Source: Eledone cirrhosa
Taxonomy: Eukaryota
Assembly: GCA_964016885.1 (NCBI GenBank)
Contig: OZ024763.1
Span: forward strand, 3,658,001-3,722,000
Direction of reading: 5' to 3'
Length of the DNA: 64,000 nucleotides
In this document: positions 1-12,785 of the stretch, in pieces
Position numbering within the stretch: the stretch's first letter is position 1
How the letters are laid out: every line of letters begins with the position of its first letter
Program-made: the position numbers and the translations under genes
The notes under the pieces: model-generated
What the model saw: only the letters and a program-made list of their open reading frames with translations
The model's database searches: none
What the model was told of the DNA's origin: nothing

Positions 1-54
1 AGTAATGAAATAATTAATAATTTTAGTAAATCCTTTAAAAGTCTTCATTAATTA

Positions 55-224
55 CCGTATTTCCCGGCGTTGAAGATGCTTCGTCCTCGAGGGGACACCC
101 TAATTTTGAAAACCCCCAATTTTTAAAAAAAATAATAAACAACCTTTGGCCTCCAGGATGCATGGTAGATTTTTCTAGACTTATTTTAGGGGAAAAGTAG
201 CATCTTCAACGCTGGGAAATACGG
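55..224. mobile_element. Tc1/pogo-type MITE
   Basis: TIRs CCGTATTTCCCGGCGTTGAAGATGCT / AGCATCTTCAACGCTGGGAAATACGG with flanking TA. Confidence 0.85.
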
Positions 225-440
225 TAATTAAAATAGAGGACATTTCAATAGAAATGTGGTCTTGAAGGGCGGTGCCCCAGCATGGCCTCAGCCGGATGGC
301 TGGAACAGGTAAGAGTAAAAGTGTATGAAAGGGTTAATCAAATGAAATAAGTGTATTTCGTTAGTCGGGGAAAGTGTTAATGAAGAAGAAAAAAATTAAT
401 GAACCAAATTTCTGTGATTAAATATTGTTTTATTTTTTAG

Positions 441-575
441 TGTTTGCCGTTGACTCACCAAGAGGAACTCACAAATCTTGTCCTGAGTCGTTTGTCCGAC
501 AAAACTGCTATTGTTCGGCGTTACGCCATCCAGTTATTGACCGTCTTGCTACAAATGAATCCATTTGCGTATAAG
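441..575 (+). CDS. NCAPD2: NCAPD2 coding exon (first in window)
   Basis: tttag|...|gttggt; CLPLTHQEELTNLVLSRLSDKTAIVRRYAIQLLTVLLQMNPFAYK. Confidence 0.93.
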
Positions 576-836
576 GTTGGTTGGCTTTTATTTTAGTGTG
601 TGTTGGTCAACAAACCACATTATTATAGACACACACATACACAATCAGACTTAAACACACACACACACACACATAATTATAACCAGTTCACGTCAATCTT
701 CCACGCTAGCATGGGTTGGATACGTTTGTCACACTATGAGACTAACCAGGTTTTATATTTTCTCCCTATATTCTATAACTTTGACAGGTTTTGGCCATTT
801 TGGCCCAGGCCATGTCTAACTTAATTGTATATAATA

Positions 837-1444
837 CTAGCAGAATGGCCTGGTGTTGCTCGGGATTTGCTCTAGGGTTCTTATATATTTGATATATATT
901 TATCCTTATCGAGCCTCGTGAAATAAATACATTTGTTTATATTTTGTTATTGTGTATGCAAAAATATCTGTACACGAATATATAATTATATATATATATA
1001 ATAAATATATATTAAAATAACAGATTAAAGTTTAAGCAAAGAATCGCTGCTTTCACCCTTAACGGGATCTTCTGAAACTAAAAAAATCAATCTGTGAACG
1101 CAGATTTCGAAAAACGTTACACACTATATATATACATATATACACAGACACACACACACACACGCGCACACACAGAACAACGTCATAATGTCGTAATGCA
1201 GACAGCCAGACATACAGACAGATATTATAAGGGCGCAACGTTATATCTATGTATCGATCTAAAAAGAAAGACTAGGAATTATAGAGAGAGATCGCTAAAT
1301 CGCCTAATGAAAATTCGAAATATTTTTTGCTCAAAACACTCACATGACCATAAGTATTACATGTGTAAAGTTAGAAAACAATCGGTTGGGTGGTTCTCGA
1401 GTTTTAGGGAGTCAGACAGACATTCTCTGTTTTAGATATATAGA
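837..1444 (-). mobile_element. non-autonomous Helitron-like element
   Basis: minus strand starts TC(TATATATC), ends with GC-rich imperfect hairpin CCCGAGCAACACCAGG then CTAG, in an A|T site; internal (CAGA)n. Confidence 0.65.
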
Positions 1445-1507
1445 TTTCCACCCTATATTCCACATATTTCCACCCTATATCCTATAATATAATATTTCCA
1501 CTTGTAG

Positions 1508-1592
1508 CTACAATACGAGGAGCTGAATGAAAATTATGAACAAGAAAAAGAGAAACTTAATAAGATGTTGGAAGAAAATAAAGCCATAGCAG
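1508..1592 (+). CDS. NCAPD2: NCAPD2 coding exon
   Basis: tgtag|...|gtgggt; LQYEELNENYEQEKEKLNKMLEENKAIA, phase 0 to 1. Confidence 0.88.
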
Positions 1593-1614
1593 GTGGGTTG
1601 TGGATTTGGTTTAG

Positions 1615-1900
1615 CCATCATCACTACCGTCATCGTCACTATCATCATTATCATTGCCATCATCATCAGCATCACCTTCATCATTATCACCATTATCATT
1701 GTCATCATCGTCTTCGTCATCACTTTCATCATCATCATCGCCATCATCAATATCATTGTCATCATCACCATCATCATCATCATCATCATCATGATTGTCA
1801 TCACCATCATTATCACCACCACCACCACCATAATCATTGTCATCATCATTATCATCATCACCACCATCATAATCATTACCATCATCATCAGCATTATCAT
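1615..1900. repeat. degenerate (CAT)n microsatellite
   Basis: source of the His/Ile/Asp/Met-rich ORFs. Confidence 0.95.
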
Positions 1901-2357
1901 CGTTTAACATCTGTCTCCCCTACTAGCATGAGTTGGACATGTCTTCACAGACATGGTCAGTACTGAAGTGAAGCTATGACCCCCTTAAGTGGGCTGGGCT
2001 TCCACATCTCGCCCACAAATGTTACCCATGTCTTATCATCATCATCATCTAATGTCTGTCTTCTCTGCCAGCGCGGACACATTGGTGACTGGGTGATGGA
2101 TGTTGTGAAGAGAAATGGAGTGAGATGACTGGGTCATGTGATGAGGACGGATGCGAGTGACTGGGAGAGATGGGTAATGGGAATAGCCAGTGATGGGTGG
2201 TGTGAAGATAAAAGGAATGAGATGGCTGGTCATGTGTTGAAGAAGGATGATAGTGTCTAGGTGAGGGGAACAGAGCCAGTGATAAATTTAAACTTTTTTA
2301 ATTCCTGACCTATCTAATAAACAACCGAATCTATAATAACATCTCTTTTATCTCCAG

Positions 2358-2493
2358 ATTCCAATCTGGCACTGATAGAACAGAACTGGATCAACCATGC
2401 AAAAGCTATGATGGAAGTATTTGAGAAATTTCCATCCGTCTCCTCCGATGAGTACGAGAATCTAATTGTCGTTGAAGATGACTCCTCTATGCA
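2358..2493 (+). CDS. NCAPD2: NCAPD2 coding exon
   Basis: ctccag|...|gtaagt; SNLALIEQNWINHAKAMMEVF..., phase 1 to 2. Confidence 0.85.
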
Positions 2494-3548
2494 GTAAGTC
2501 TACGAAATTGTACTAAATTTATTTTGACCGTTTAAGTCCTGGACCATAGTATTTTATTTTAATTCTTAGTACTGTACTACATGAAGCCACATTCAATAAT
2601 AATAATTTATTTAAATTATTAAATTACTGTACCACACAAAACCACATTCCAGAAGGCATACGTAAGAAAAAAGTATACTTACATACATGATGGCTACCCC
2701 CTCGTTATCGAGTATGGCCATTGCACGATATACCATTATTAATAATTATTAATTAATTCCATCGTACAATGCCTGTGCGTGAAGATTTTTTTTTTAAAGT
2801 GAGGAAAGACTGTGCACTGAGCCAATCCCACTCTCTGAGCGACAGTAGCTATAACCCCAAAAGAAGAAAAAATCAACATCATCGGTAACTACTGAGCCGC
2901 AAGTTTTATGTCGGAGTTATCCCAGTTTCCTGAGTTACCTTCTCCTAGAAGAATGCCCTGACAAAGGCTAGGGGTCCTTCACTCTCACTGATTTAACCGC
3001 ACAATTGGGTGTCCAGCCCAACTATTTCTATGTCCCTCACGCATATACATACACATGTACATATATGTATATACATGTGTATCTACATATTTACACACTT
3101 TTGGGTGACCATTGACTCTTATGAGTTCTTCCGCCCTTTGTCGGGTTTTATTTTTTATCCTGCAGGTTGTCCAAAATCACGCTCCTCACCAAGTAAATTT
3201 GGTGGGGTTGCCAGTTTAGTCACCGACGACCTGACCATGCGACAGGTTGTACTGGGTTACATGTTACCAGTAGCACTCAAGAGTGACCCGACATACGTAC
3301 ATACATATATACATACATACATTCACACACACACACACATACCTGTATTTTTCTGTCTCTCTTCCCCCACATTCCACCCATCTTCCCACTCACATCACCC
3401 GCCATATTTCCACATCTCTTCCATATTTTCTAGTCTCGCTTTTTCATATCCCTCCAATATTTCCACTTCCCGCCATATTTCCACACCACCCCCATATTTC
3501 CATCTCACCAGTCTCCCATCTTCTTCCACACATGGCTCTATCTTTCAG

Positions 3549-3665
3549 AATCAAAGATACAATAGACATGATAGTGACTTATATAGAACAAAAGGATTAC
3601 GTGGAGAGTCGTCTCTACCTGTTGGCCGGCAATAAACTTTGGCCTGATGTCTTTGTCTTGGAAAG
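3549..3665 (+). CDS. NCAPD2: NCAPD2 coding exon
   Basis: tttcag|...|gttagt; IKDTIDMIVTYIEQKDYVESRLYLLAGNKLWPDVFVLE, phase 2 to 2. Confidence 0.85.
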
Positions 3666-4301
3666 GTTAGTATGTTGCGTTTATATCTTGTTACTTCTTT
3701 TTACTTCTCTTACTCAGCATACAAGGTTCCTCTGTGGTCAGGGTTGGGTTGGGTCAGGGTAAGGTGTGTTTGTACAGCAATAAGTCCTATGTACCTTGCC
3801 AGGTTCTGTGTGTTTGTCTTGGAAAGGTGTGTATGTTGTGTTTATATCTTGTCACTTCTTTTTACATTACTGTTGCTCAGCATACAAGGTTCCTCTGGAG
3901 GTTGGGAAGGTGTGGTGGGGTGTGCTGAAAAGTTTGGCGTTAGGGAGGGCATCCAGCCCTAGAAACCAAGCCAGAAACAGTTCTCTGTGAGCAAGTCATG
4001 GTCACCTGACCCAAATGCCTCAAACAGGACAACCCGTCTAACCCATGCTAGTGTGGAAAAATGGATGTTAAACAATGATGGTGATGCACACACACACACG
4101 GGTAGGCTGACTATGGAGGAGTAATGCTAGGGCTGTGAAATCTTGCATGCATTAATTTGTAACTTTTCTTTCCTGGGCGCTATGTTGAAACATTTGGTCA
4201 TTCCATGAGGGTATCTTGGTCAGCCCATGAACTTTTCAGCAGACCCTCCAATTTTTTTCAATTTTATTAATTTTTTTTCTTGCTTCGTTTAAAAAATGTA
4301 G

Positions 4302-4393
4302 TTCCGAAGAAAGTGACGAAGATGAAGACAAGGAAGATAAAAACAATGTTTCATTGCCTGCCGTTATAAAAGGACTGAAAAAAATGTTTTTAG
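4302..4393 (+). CDS. NCAPD2: NCAPD2 coding exon
   Basis: tgtag|...|gtgaat; SEESDEDEDKEDKNNVSLPAVIKGLKKMFL, phase 2 to 1. Confidence 0.8.
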
Positions 4394-4829
4394 GTGAATA
4401 TTTGTTTTGTTATATAAAGAAACTTACATTGGAATTTTAAGTTACAATGACTTAACTCTTTAGCATTTAAACTGGCCCTGTTATATTTGGGGAGGGTCAT
4501 GTTGTCCTAATATTAATAGAAAAATATAGTAAAACACACTCAACATTTGGTGTTAGGAAGGGCATCCAGCCGTAGAAAACCTGCCAGATAGTTCTATACG
4601 AGCGAGATATGGTCACCCGACTAATCTTGCCTCAAGTGGGACAACTCCCGTCTAACCCATGCTAGTGTGGAAAATAAACGATGGTGATGATGACACTCAC
4701 GTCAGTATAGTTTTATATTTCTATAAACAATCTCGAACTATACTTATAAAACCAGGAGGCATCTTATACAAAGGGGCGTCTAATAGGCCAGCAAATACAG
4801 TAATCTTAATTTCTTGTCAATATTTCCAG

Positions 4830-4924
4830 AGGTTGATAACGAGATATTGGTTGGAACTGTGTCATCAAATGAAGTTGAAGTGAATGATTTGTCAAAACAA
4901 CAGGTTTTTGTTCTCTACTTGAAG
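4830..4924 (+). CDS. NCAPD2: NCAPD2 coding exon
   Basis: ttccag|...|gtaagt; ...NDLSKQQVFVLYLK, phase 1 to 0. Confidence 0.9.
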
Positions 4925-4965
4925 GTAAGTTATTCAAATTTGTTTAATTAACACTTTCGTTACCA

Positions 4966-5808
4966 ATGTTACCTCACATAATATCTCGCATAACATTTAC
5001 ATTACTCTATATACACTATTGTATTTTCACAGTAAAGACTTTATCTCACATAACATTTACATTACTCTATATATACTATTGTATTTTCACAGTAAAGGCT
5101 TTACCTCACATAATATCTCACATAACATTTCCATTACTCTATATATATTATTGTATTTTCACAGTAAAGGCTTTACCTCACATAATATCTCACATAACAT
5201 TTACATTACTCTATATATACTATTGTATTGTCACAGTAAAGGCTTTACCACACATAATATCTCACATAACATTTACATTACTCTATATATACTATTGTAT
5301 TGTCACAGTAAAGGCTTTACCTCACATAATATCTCACATAACATTTACATTACTCTATATATACTATTGTATTGTCACAGTAAAGGCTTTACCTCACATA
5401 ACATTTACATTACTCTATATATACTATTGTATTTTCACAGTAAAGGCTTTACCACACATAATATCTCACATAACATTTACATTACTCTATATATACTATT
5501 GTATTTTCACAGTAAAGGCTTTACCACACATAATATGTCGCATAACATTTCCATTACTCTATATATACTATTGTATTGTCACAGTAAAGGCTTTACCACA
5601 CATAATATCTCACATAACATTTACATTACTCTATATATACTATTGTATTGTCACAGTAAAGTCTTTACCTCACATAACATTTACATTACTCTATATATAC
5701 TGTTGTATTGTCACAGTAAAGGCTTTACCACACAATATCTCACATAACATTTCCATTACTCTATATATACTATTGTATTTTCACAGTAAAGGCTTTACCT
5801 CACAATAT
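4966..5808 (+). repeat. 70/58-bp minisatellite derived from the piggyBac-type MITE
   Basis: unit ACATTTACATTACTCTATATATACTATTGTATTTTCACAGTAAAGGCTTTACCTCACATAATATCTCACATA. Confidence 0.95.
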
Positions 5809-5921
5809 TGAATCTATGAGGTTTTGATATTATTTATTTTGAGAACAATACCTTAACATCAGTATAAGCACCTGGTTATGGCCAGTTTAAATACTAAAGG
5901 GTTAAACAATCTCTTTTCTAG

Positions 5922-6178
5922 GATTCCTTGACATTCAGCGCTCAAGTAAAAGAGGCCGTACCCCTGATCTGTAAGATGCTGTACTCCAAGGTGAACTCTG
6001 ACATCCTGGAAGCTATCGAGTTCTTTGTAACCAGCTATAAATTTGGCCTGTCTTCCGCTGTCATCGGTATCCGCAAGATGCAGATACTTCTCTGCTCCTC
6101 AAAGGACAGCGCCATCAAAGACGCAGTCGTCAGTGCTTTCAAACGAATCTATTTGACCTCTGAGATGGAGAACGAGAG
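5922..6178 (+). CDS. NCAPD2: NCAPD2 coding exon
   Basis: ttctag|...|gtgagg; DSLTFSAQVKEAVPLICKMLYSKVNSDILEAIEFFV...AVVSAFKRIYL. Confidence 0.94.
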
Positions 6179-6417
6179 GTGAGGGTCATCATCATCATTG
6201 CCATTGCCACCACCACCATCATCATCATCATTCACCGTCATTGCTTTTTCATCTGTTGTACCACACTTGCATGGGTCAGACAGGTCCTTTTCAGCGCAGC
6301 AGCTTTCCACATGCCATGTTCCTTTTGTCATCTCCCCCCGGTGAGTCTCAGCTATTTCAGGTCGGCTCTCACCACCTGGACCCAGGTCTTCCTTCGTCTA
6401 CCTCTACTGCAGCTGCC

Positions 6418-6459
<42 letters not shown>

Positions 6460-6499
6460 CTTTTGATTATGCAGGACACAAGTAATCCATAAGTAGGAG

Positions 6500-6786
6500 T
6501 AGGTCCTGCCTGACAGCACTCCTTAGTGCCCCACTCCATGTGTCTCACTTATGTGTCCACCGGTCTCACAAGGGCCAAGCCTAGCTTGATCCCGACAGAT
6601 ATCCTCCGTCCAAGTCCTTTTCGATGCTCCTGGGCCTCTACTGCCTCCTGGATTGACATTCATCACTTTGCTGATCCATCCTTCACTGCACTTGACATGG
6701 CCATACCAGGGCATGTGTCTCGTGTGAAGCACATCATCGAGGTTGTCTATCGTCAGTCTTTTCCTTACTTCTTAACCCATCGATCA
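6500..6786 (-). mobile_element. RTE LINE 3' fragment
   Basis: WYGHVKCSEGWISKVMNVNPGGSRGPGASKRTWTEDI. Confidence 0.7.
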
Positions 6787-7360
6787 CCACATGTCTGTAC
6801 CAGCACAGTCTTCTCTCCCACACATCACATGTCTGTACCAGCACAGTCTTCTCTCCCACACATCACATGTCTGTACCAGCACAGTCTTCTCTCCCACACA
6901 TCACATGTCTGTACCAGCACAGTCTTCTCTCCCACACATCACATGTCTGTACCAGCACAGTCTTCTCTCCCACACATCACATGTCTGTACCAGCACAGTC
7001 TTCTCTCCCACACACCACATGTCTGTACCAGCACAGTCTTCTCTCCCACACACCACATGTCTGTACCAGCACAGTCTTCTCTCCCACACATCACATGTCT
7101 GTACCAGCACAGTCTTCTCTCCCACACATCACATGTCTGTACCAGCACAGTCTTCTCTCCCACACATCACATGTCTGTACCAGCACAGTCTTCTCTCCCA
7201 CACATCACATGTCTGTACCAGCACAGTCTTCTCTCCCACACACCACATGTCTGTACCAGCACAGTCTTCTCTCCCACACACCACATGTCTGTACCAGCAC
7301 AGTCTTCTCTCCCACACATCACATGTCTGTACCAGCACAGTCTTCTCTCCCACACACCAC
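6786..7360. repeat. 38-bp minisatellite (~15 copies)
   Basis: CACATGTCTGTACCAGCACAGTCTTCTCTCCCACACAT. Confidence 0.97.
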
Positions 7361-7668
7361 TTTGGGTTAATTTTAAAATCACTTCCTCAGAGCATGGGGA
7401 AATCTCAGAGTAAAATGGTTTGATCGTGTTGCTGTCATCATCATCATCATCACCGTTTAACGTCTTTTTTCCCAGAACTGTTTCTAGTGTGTATATACCA
7501 TCATCATCATCATCACATTCATTTTCCCACGCTAGCATGGGTTAGACTAGTTGTCCTGTTGTAAGACAAGTCGGATCAGGTGACCATGTCCTGCTCCCAC
7601 AGAAATGTTATTTACTTTCAAGGGTTCTGTTTTGACATATTTTTTCATCTCTTTTATTCTTATTTCAG

Positions 7669-7753
7669 GAGCCGAGCCCTCAGAATAATCAACAACCTCA
7701 ATAATTTGCTGGAAAATGTTTCTCTGGAAGAGTTCATTTCACTGGAAGCAATG
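7669..7753 (+). CDS. NCAPD2: NCAPD2 coding exon
   Basis: tttcag|...|gtaggc; SRALRIINNLNNLLENVSLEEFISLEAM. Confidence 0.9.
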
Positions 7754-9033
7754 GTAGGCTCTCCTCCTCCTTCTCCCCCCTTCACACCTCTTCTTCTTAT
7801 TCTACTTCTTCCTCCTCATTTGTCCATCATTGTAATCTTCTTTCTCTCTCTCTCCCTCTCTCTCTCTCACATCCTAAGAAAAAATTATATTCATTTCGAA
7901 AATTTATAAGTTGTGGTACAAAATAGAAAATTATATTTATATATATTTTAATTAATGTTTCTTTTAATCAACAAAATCCCAGACCTGACTGAGTGGCGTA
8001 GAAGTCTTCAAATCCAACCAAGGAAACAATGTGTCCATTGCTAATATATCTAATAGTCTCAAATCCTGGTAGAAGGAGCCATGTGTCTTGCTCAAGAACA
8101 TAACACCTTACTCGGTCTAGGAATTGAACTCACAACCTCACGATTGTTCACTGATAATTGTGGGCAATCCACAAAATCCACTGTGGCATCAGAGTAGGGG
8201 GGGGGGGTTCTCAGTAATAGAATAAATGAATGAATATATATATACATGTGTGTATACATGTATATATACATACACACACGGTGTATTAAAAAGAATCATC
8301 TGATTTTATTTACAATATTTACAAATGCTCAATATCTAAATAACTTTATAAAAATTCATAAAAGTTATAAAAAAAGAAAGACTAAAACTTTACATCCAGA
8401 CATGTATTGTACAAGTTACCACCTGATTATATGGTCATTTGTTTAGAAAGTAGAACCTTTTGAAATATATATATATTTTTTTTTATATACCCTGCATATA
8501 TATCATCATTATCGTTTAACATCTTATCTTCCACTCTAGCATCGGTTAGAGAGGAATTGTCCCACTTGAGGCAAGATTGGTCGGGTGACCGTGTCACGCT
8601 CGTATAGGACTGTCTGGCAGGTTTCCTACGGCTAGATGCCCTTCCTAACACCAACCACATTTAAAGTGTGGACTGGGAGCCTTTTTACCGTGTTACCTAC
8701 ACAACCACATTACTGCGTGGACTGTTTTTTTTTTGTTTTTTTTTTGTCGTGACAATATGAATCACAATAAAATTTTGTCAGAGATAGATTAGCAAAATCT
8801 AATAAACGGGTGGGTGTGTGTAGAAAAAAATCTGAAAAATTAATAAGCCAGTGGGTGGGGGTAGGGGCATGTGGACAATTATTCAAGACCTGGAGGTACT
8901 TATGTAGGTATTTTGTGTCTCTCCTTTATTCTGTCCTACCTCATCTTGGTCAGGTCATTTTTGCTACACCCTGTATAATACCAACCTGGCAAAGCTACAT
9001 GTACGAGGGGTTTCTCTCTCTTCTCTGTTACAG

Positions 9034-9170
9034 ATAATCAACTTTAGGAAGTCCGGAGAGTTGGACAATTCCATCATCCAGATGATGTGGGAACGTTTCA
9101 CTATGAAGCTCCCTAACACGACCCTGGAAGAGAGTAGGGCTGCATTGAATTTAATTATGATGGCAGCTGG
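9034..9170 (+). CDS. NCAPD2: NCAPD2 coding exon
   Basis: ttacag|...|gtacgt; IIQMMWERFTMKLPNTTLEESRAALNLIMMAA. Confidence 0.92.
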
Positions 9171-9361
9171 GTACGTGGGAAACCCTTTTAATTCTAAGCC
9201 TTATATCATCATTATCATAATTACCATCATCATCATAATCACTAACATCATTACTACGGAGGTGGGTTCCACTCCAGGTTTCAAAAATGCCAAAGAATGT
9301 AATGGCATTATGGTGCCTTTATGACTCCCCAAGGAGTTACGGATCCACACACTCACGTGCA

Positions 9362-9392
<31 letters not shown>

Positions 9393-9410
9393 TCTCTCTC
9401 TCTCTCTCTC

Positions 9411-9743
9411 GGCACATGGCTTAGTGGTTAGAGCATTGGCTTCACAATCGAAAGGTTGTGAGTTCAATTCTCAGACCGGGTGATGTGTTGTTTCCTTGAG
9501 CAAGACACTTTATTTCACATTGCTCCAGTTTACTCAGCTGTAGAAATGAGATGATAGGGACTTGGGTCCCTATCATTCCACTGCAAAGTGGTCGTGGAGG
9601 AGCCACGGCAAAAAAGCACCCAGCACTCACTGTAAATGAGGTTGGTGTTAGGAAGGGCATTCAGCTGTAGAAATCAAGCCACAATCAGTTCCCGTCCCAC
9701 CCTTGCAAGAAGGGAAAAGCGGACGTAAAATGATGATGATGAT
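9411..9743 (+). mobile_element. SINE family A copy
   Basis: near-identical to 38471-38813. Confidence 0.85.
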
Positions 9744-9785
9744 ATATACAATTATTTAATCTCTGTCTTTTCAACGAACTTTTAG

Positions 9786-9918
9786 GGCTGACTCTGAAAT
9801 AATCCGAAGCAATATCTCGGTACTGGTGAATGAAGGACTTGGTCCAAGAGCTGAGAAGGATTTCAGAATTGCAAGAGATACTTGTTTGGCCTTTCTCAAG
9901 ATTGCAGCTGTTAAAAAG
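9786..9918 (+). CDS. NCAPD2: NCAPD2 coding exon
   Basis: ttttag|...|gtttgt; ADSEIIRSNISVLVNEGLGPRAEKDFRIARDTCLAFLKI. Confidence 0.92.
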
Positions 9919-10343
9919 GTTTGTCTTTTAATGAATTATATATACGTGTACACACACACATATCTATTTTTTCTTAAAGTTTTCCCTGAAAAAATTGTTT
10001 TTCGTTCGTTGTATTGTCCTCTCTTTGTTAATCTTAAGTTTATATATATATATATTTATATATTTATTTATTTATTTCATTTTGTGGTTGTCATTGCTGT
10101 TGTCGTTATTACTATTATTGTCGTTGTTGTCCTTACTATTGTTATTGTTGTCTCTGTCATAATTGTTGTTTTGGATTCTCATCATCCCGGGGAGATAAGT
10201 ATGTCCCCCTTTTCTTTACTGCTATAATTGTTGTTGTTGTTGTTAACCAATGTCTAACTCCCTGGGAAGCAGTACCACTCTCTAATGACTGAAATCAGTA
10301 AAGACAGTCATCATTTATTTTTTTTATTTTTATCTTCTGTCAG

Positions 10344-10428
10344 AAAATTGGAGAGGTGGCACCACCTCCTTACCGCTTGGATGAAGATCACAAACTCTTC
10401 ACTCGACTTCACGATTTACTTTTGGGAG
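10344..10428 (+). CDS. NCAPD2: NCAPD2 coding exon
   Basis: tgtcag|...|gtaagt; KIGEVAPPPYRLDEDHKLFTRLHDLLL. Confidence 0.9.
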
Positions 10429-10631
10429 GTAAGTGTCTTGTCGGGGATCTATTTATTTCCTAACCCTTCCAATACTAAACTGCCTGGAACAGTCCCCAAT
10501 TCTACAATATCAAGTTGCTTATTTTAAAGTGTTTATATCTGTGTGTGTGTGTGTGTGTGTGTGTCATCGTCATCATCATCTTGAAGCTACCATGGGTTAG
10601 ACGAGTGCATGTAAATCTATATATATATATA

Positions 10632-10788
10632 TATTTGAAAAAAAGGAAAAGAATGACTTCACTTGTAGTGTTAAAAAAAAATTTTTTATTTAACTTTATA
10701 TTATATTATGAAACTCATAATATATTATAAAATTAAATAAAAAGAATTTTTTAGTGAAGTCATTCTTTTCTTTTTTTTTTCAAATATA
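10632..10788. repeat. AT-rich imperfect fold-back flanked by (TA)n
   Basis: TATTTGAAAAAAAGGAAAAGAATGACTTCACT / AGTGAAGTCATTCTTTTCTTT..TCAAATA with inner ATATTATGA-aac-TCATAATAT. Confidence 0.8.
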
Positions 10789-11340
10789 CCTAACTGTACC
10801 AAGGATCTCGCACATTTTCCAATATATATATTTATATATGTGGTTAGAACATTGGGCTTGCAGTTGGGAGGTTGTGAGTTCAATTCTCAGACTGGGTGAT
10901 GCCTTGCTCTAGTTTACTCAGCTGTAGAAATGAGTTGCAATGTCACTCGTGCCAAGCTGTATCAGCCATTGCCTTTCTCTTGAACAACATCGGTGGTGTG
11001 GAGAGGGGAGACTGCTGGTCTTCCACAAACAACCTTGCCCGAACTTGTGCCTCAGATGTGAACTTTCTAGTTACAAATGGTCATTCATAACTGAAGGAGG
11101 TCTTTACTTTATATATATATATCCTTCCATAATTATTTCATGTTAGAACCTTTATGTTCCAAACAACAACTTAATAATAAGGAAATTAGTTATGTTACTA
11201 AATCACTTCAAATTGTTTTGGATTATTTCAAAAAATCATTGAACAATTATAAACCGTGTCTTTCAGTAAAGATATGACAATGAAAGGGGTTAAATTTCTT
11301 CAGTGCTCTGTGTTCTAACATGAGTTTCTTTTCATTTAAG

Positions 11341-11484
11341 GTCTTTTTGATTTACAAAACGAATATTGGGTCCCACTGTGCGAGAAAGCTGTCTGTACGA
11401 TCTACACATTAGCCGAGAGTCCTGACCATAGATGTGAATTACTATTGAAGGCTGTGGCAGAGAAAATATTTCATTTGAAATCTG
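11341..11484 (+). CDS. NCAPD2: NCAPD2 coding exon
   Basis: tttaag|...|gtaaat; YWVPLCEKAVCTIYTLAESPD. Confidence 0.92.
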
Positions 11485-11529
11485 GTAAATATATTATCTA
11501 TGTATGTTGAGGAGGCTGGTGGCTTTCAT

Positions 11530-12515
11530 CAACGTTTAACGTCCGTGTTCCACGCTTGCATGGGTTTGGATGGGAGTTTTCCCACTTGAGGCAAGAGTGG
11601 TTGTCTTGCTCGCATAGGACTGTCTGGCAGGTTTTCTACAGTTGGATGCCCTTCCTAACACCAACCACGTTTACAGTGTGGGACTGGGAGGTTTTTACCG
11701 TGTTGCCTACACGGCCACATTACAGCGTGGACTGTCTGGCGGGTTTTCTACAGCTGGATGCCCTTCCTAACACCAACCACGTTTACAGTGTGGGGCTGGG
11801 AGGTTTTTACCGTGTTGCCTACACACACACATTACAGCGTGGACTGTCTGGCGGGTTTTCTACAGTTGGATGCCCTTCCTAACACCAACCACGTTTACAG
11901 TGTGGGGCTGGGAGGTTTTTACCGTGTTGCCTACACACACACATTACAGCGTGGACTGTCTGGCGGGTTTTCTACAGCTGGATGCCCTTCCTAACACCAA
12001 CCACGTTTACAGTGTGGGGCTGGGAGGTTTTTACCGTGTTGCCTACACGGCCACATTACAGCGTGGACTGTGTGGCGGGTTTTCTACAGCTGGATGCCCT
12101 TCCTAACACCAACCACATTTACAGTGTGGGGCTGGGAGGTTTTTACCGTGTTGCCTACACGGCCACATTACAGCGTGGACTGTCTGGCGGGTTTTCTACA
12201 GTTGGATGCCCTTCCTAACACCAACCACGTTTACAGTGTGGGGCTGGGAGGTTTTTACCGTGTTGCCTACACGGCCACATTACAGCGTGGACTGTGTGTT
12301 TTTTTTGTCGTGACACCTACACGATCTCATTTGTTTCGGCCTCGATGGTGTGGCACCAACATAACTTTACATAGAAGGGGGCGGTGTGGATGGGTTGGGG
12401 GGGGGGGGGGGTATTTTGTTAGAGATGCCTACTGACTGTAGTAGGTTTTACTTTGTATTTAGGTAAGGTGGGTCTTCTCTATTACTGAGTACCGCCAAAG
12501 GTCTCGGTCCAGTGT
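11530..12515 (-). mobile_element. SINE-like family B with internal 112-bp tandem array (~6 copies)
   Basis: GTTTAACGTCC..CATGGGTTTGG tail; unit CTGGATGCCCTTCCTAACACCAACC...; other copies ~8503-8753, 16863-17245, 22463-22745, 34276-34672, 38963-39125. Confidence 0.8.
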
Positions 12516-12582
12516 GGTTAGAAAATAGATCAAACATATAAACATTGTATTTCTTTCAACTATCTTTTGTTTCTACTTACAG

Positions 12583-12785
12583 ACACCGACAGTGATACCA
12601 ATACACCACCAGCTACCATTTCCAGTTGTTCTATCGGTAGTTTGGTACGAATTATCTCTCTCGTAGGTTGTATAGCTCACAGACAGTTGGAACACTTGAA
12701 CAGGAACATCCTCCCTGAGATGAAACGAAGGAATGCCCTGCTTGAGAAAAATAAGTCCAAGAGAAAGAAGTCTCGAAAGAATCTG
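12583..12785 (+). CDS. NCAPD2: NCAPD2 coding exon
   Basis: ttacag|...|gtatgt; LVRIISLVGCIAHRQLEHLNRNILPEMKRRN. Confidence 0.92.

Noticed and set aside
1508-1966. His-, Asp-, Ile- and Met-rich ORFs
   Set aside because: Intronic (CAT)n repeat; only 1508-1592 is exon
6786-7360. CRISPR-like regular repeat (also the 60- and 61-bp arrays)
   Set aside because: Head-to-tail units with no unique spacers, no cas genes, eukaryotic context
7980-8040. CTGACTGA...GAAACAATGTGTC as a hammerhead
   Set aside because: Core spacing is wrong and stems I and II do not pair
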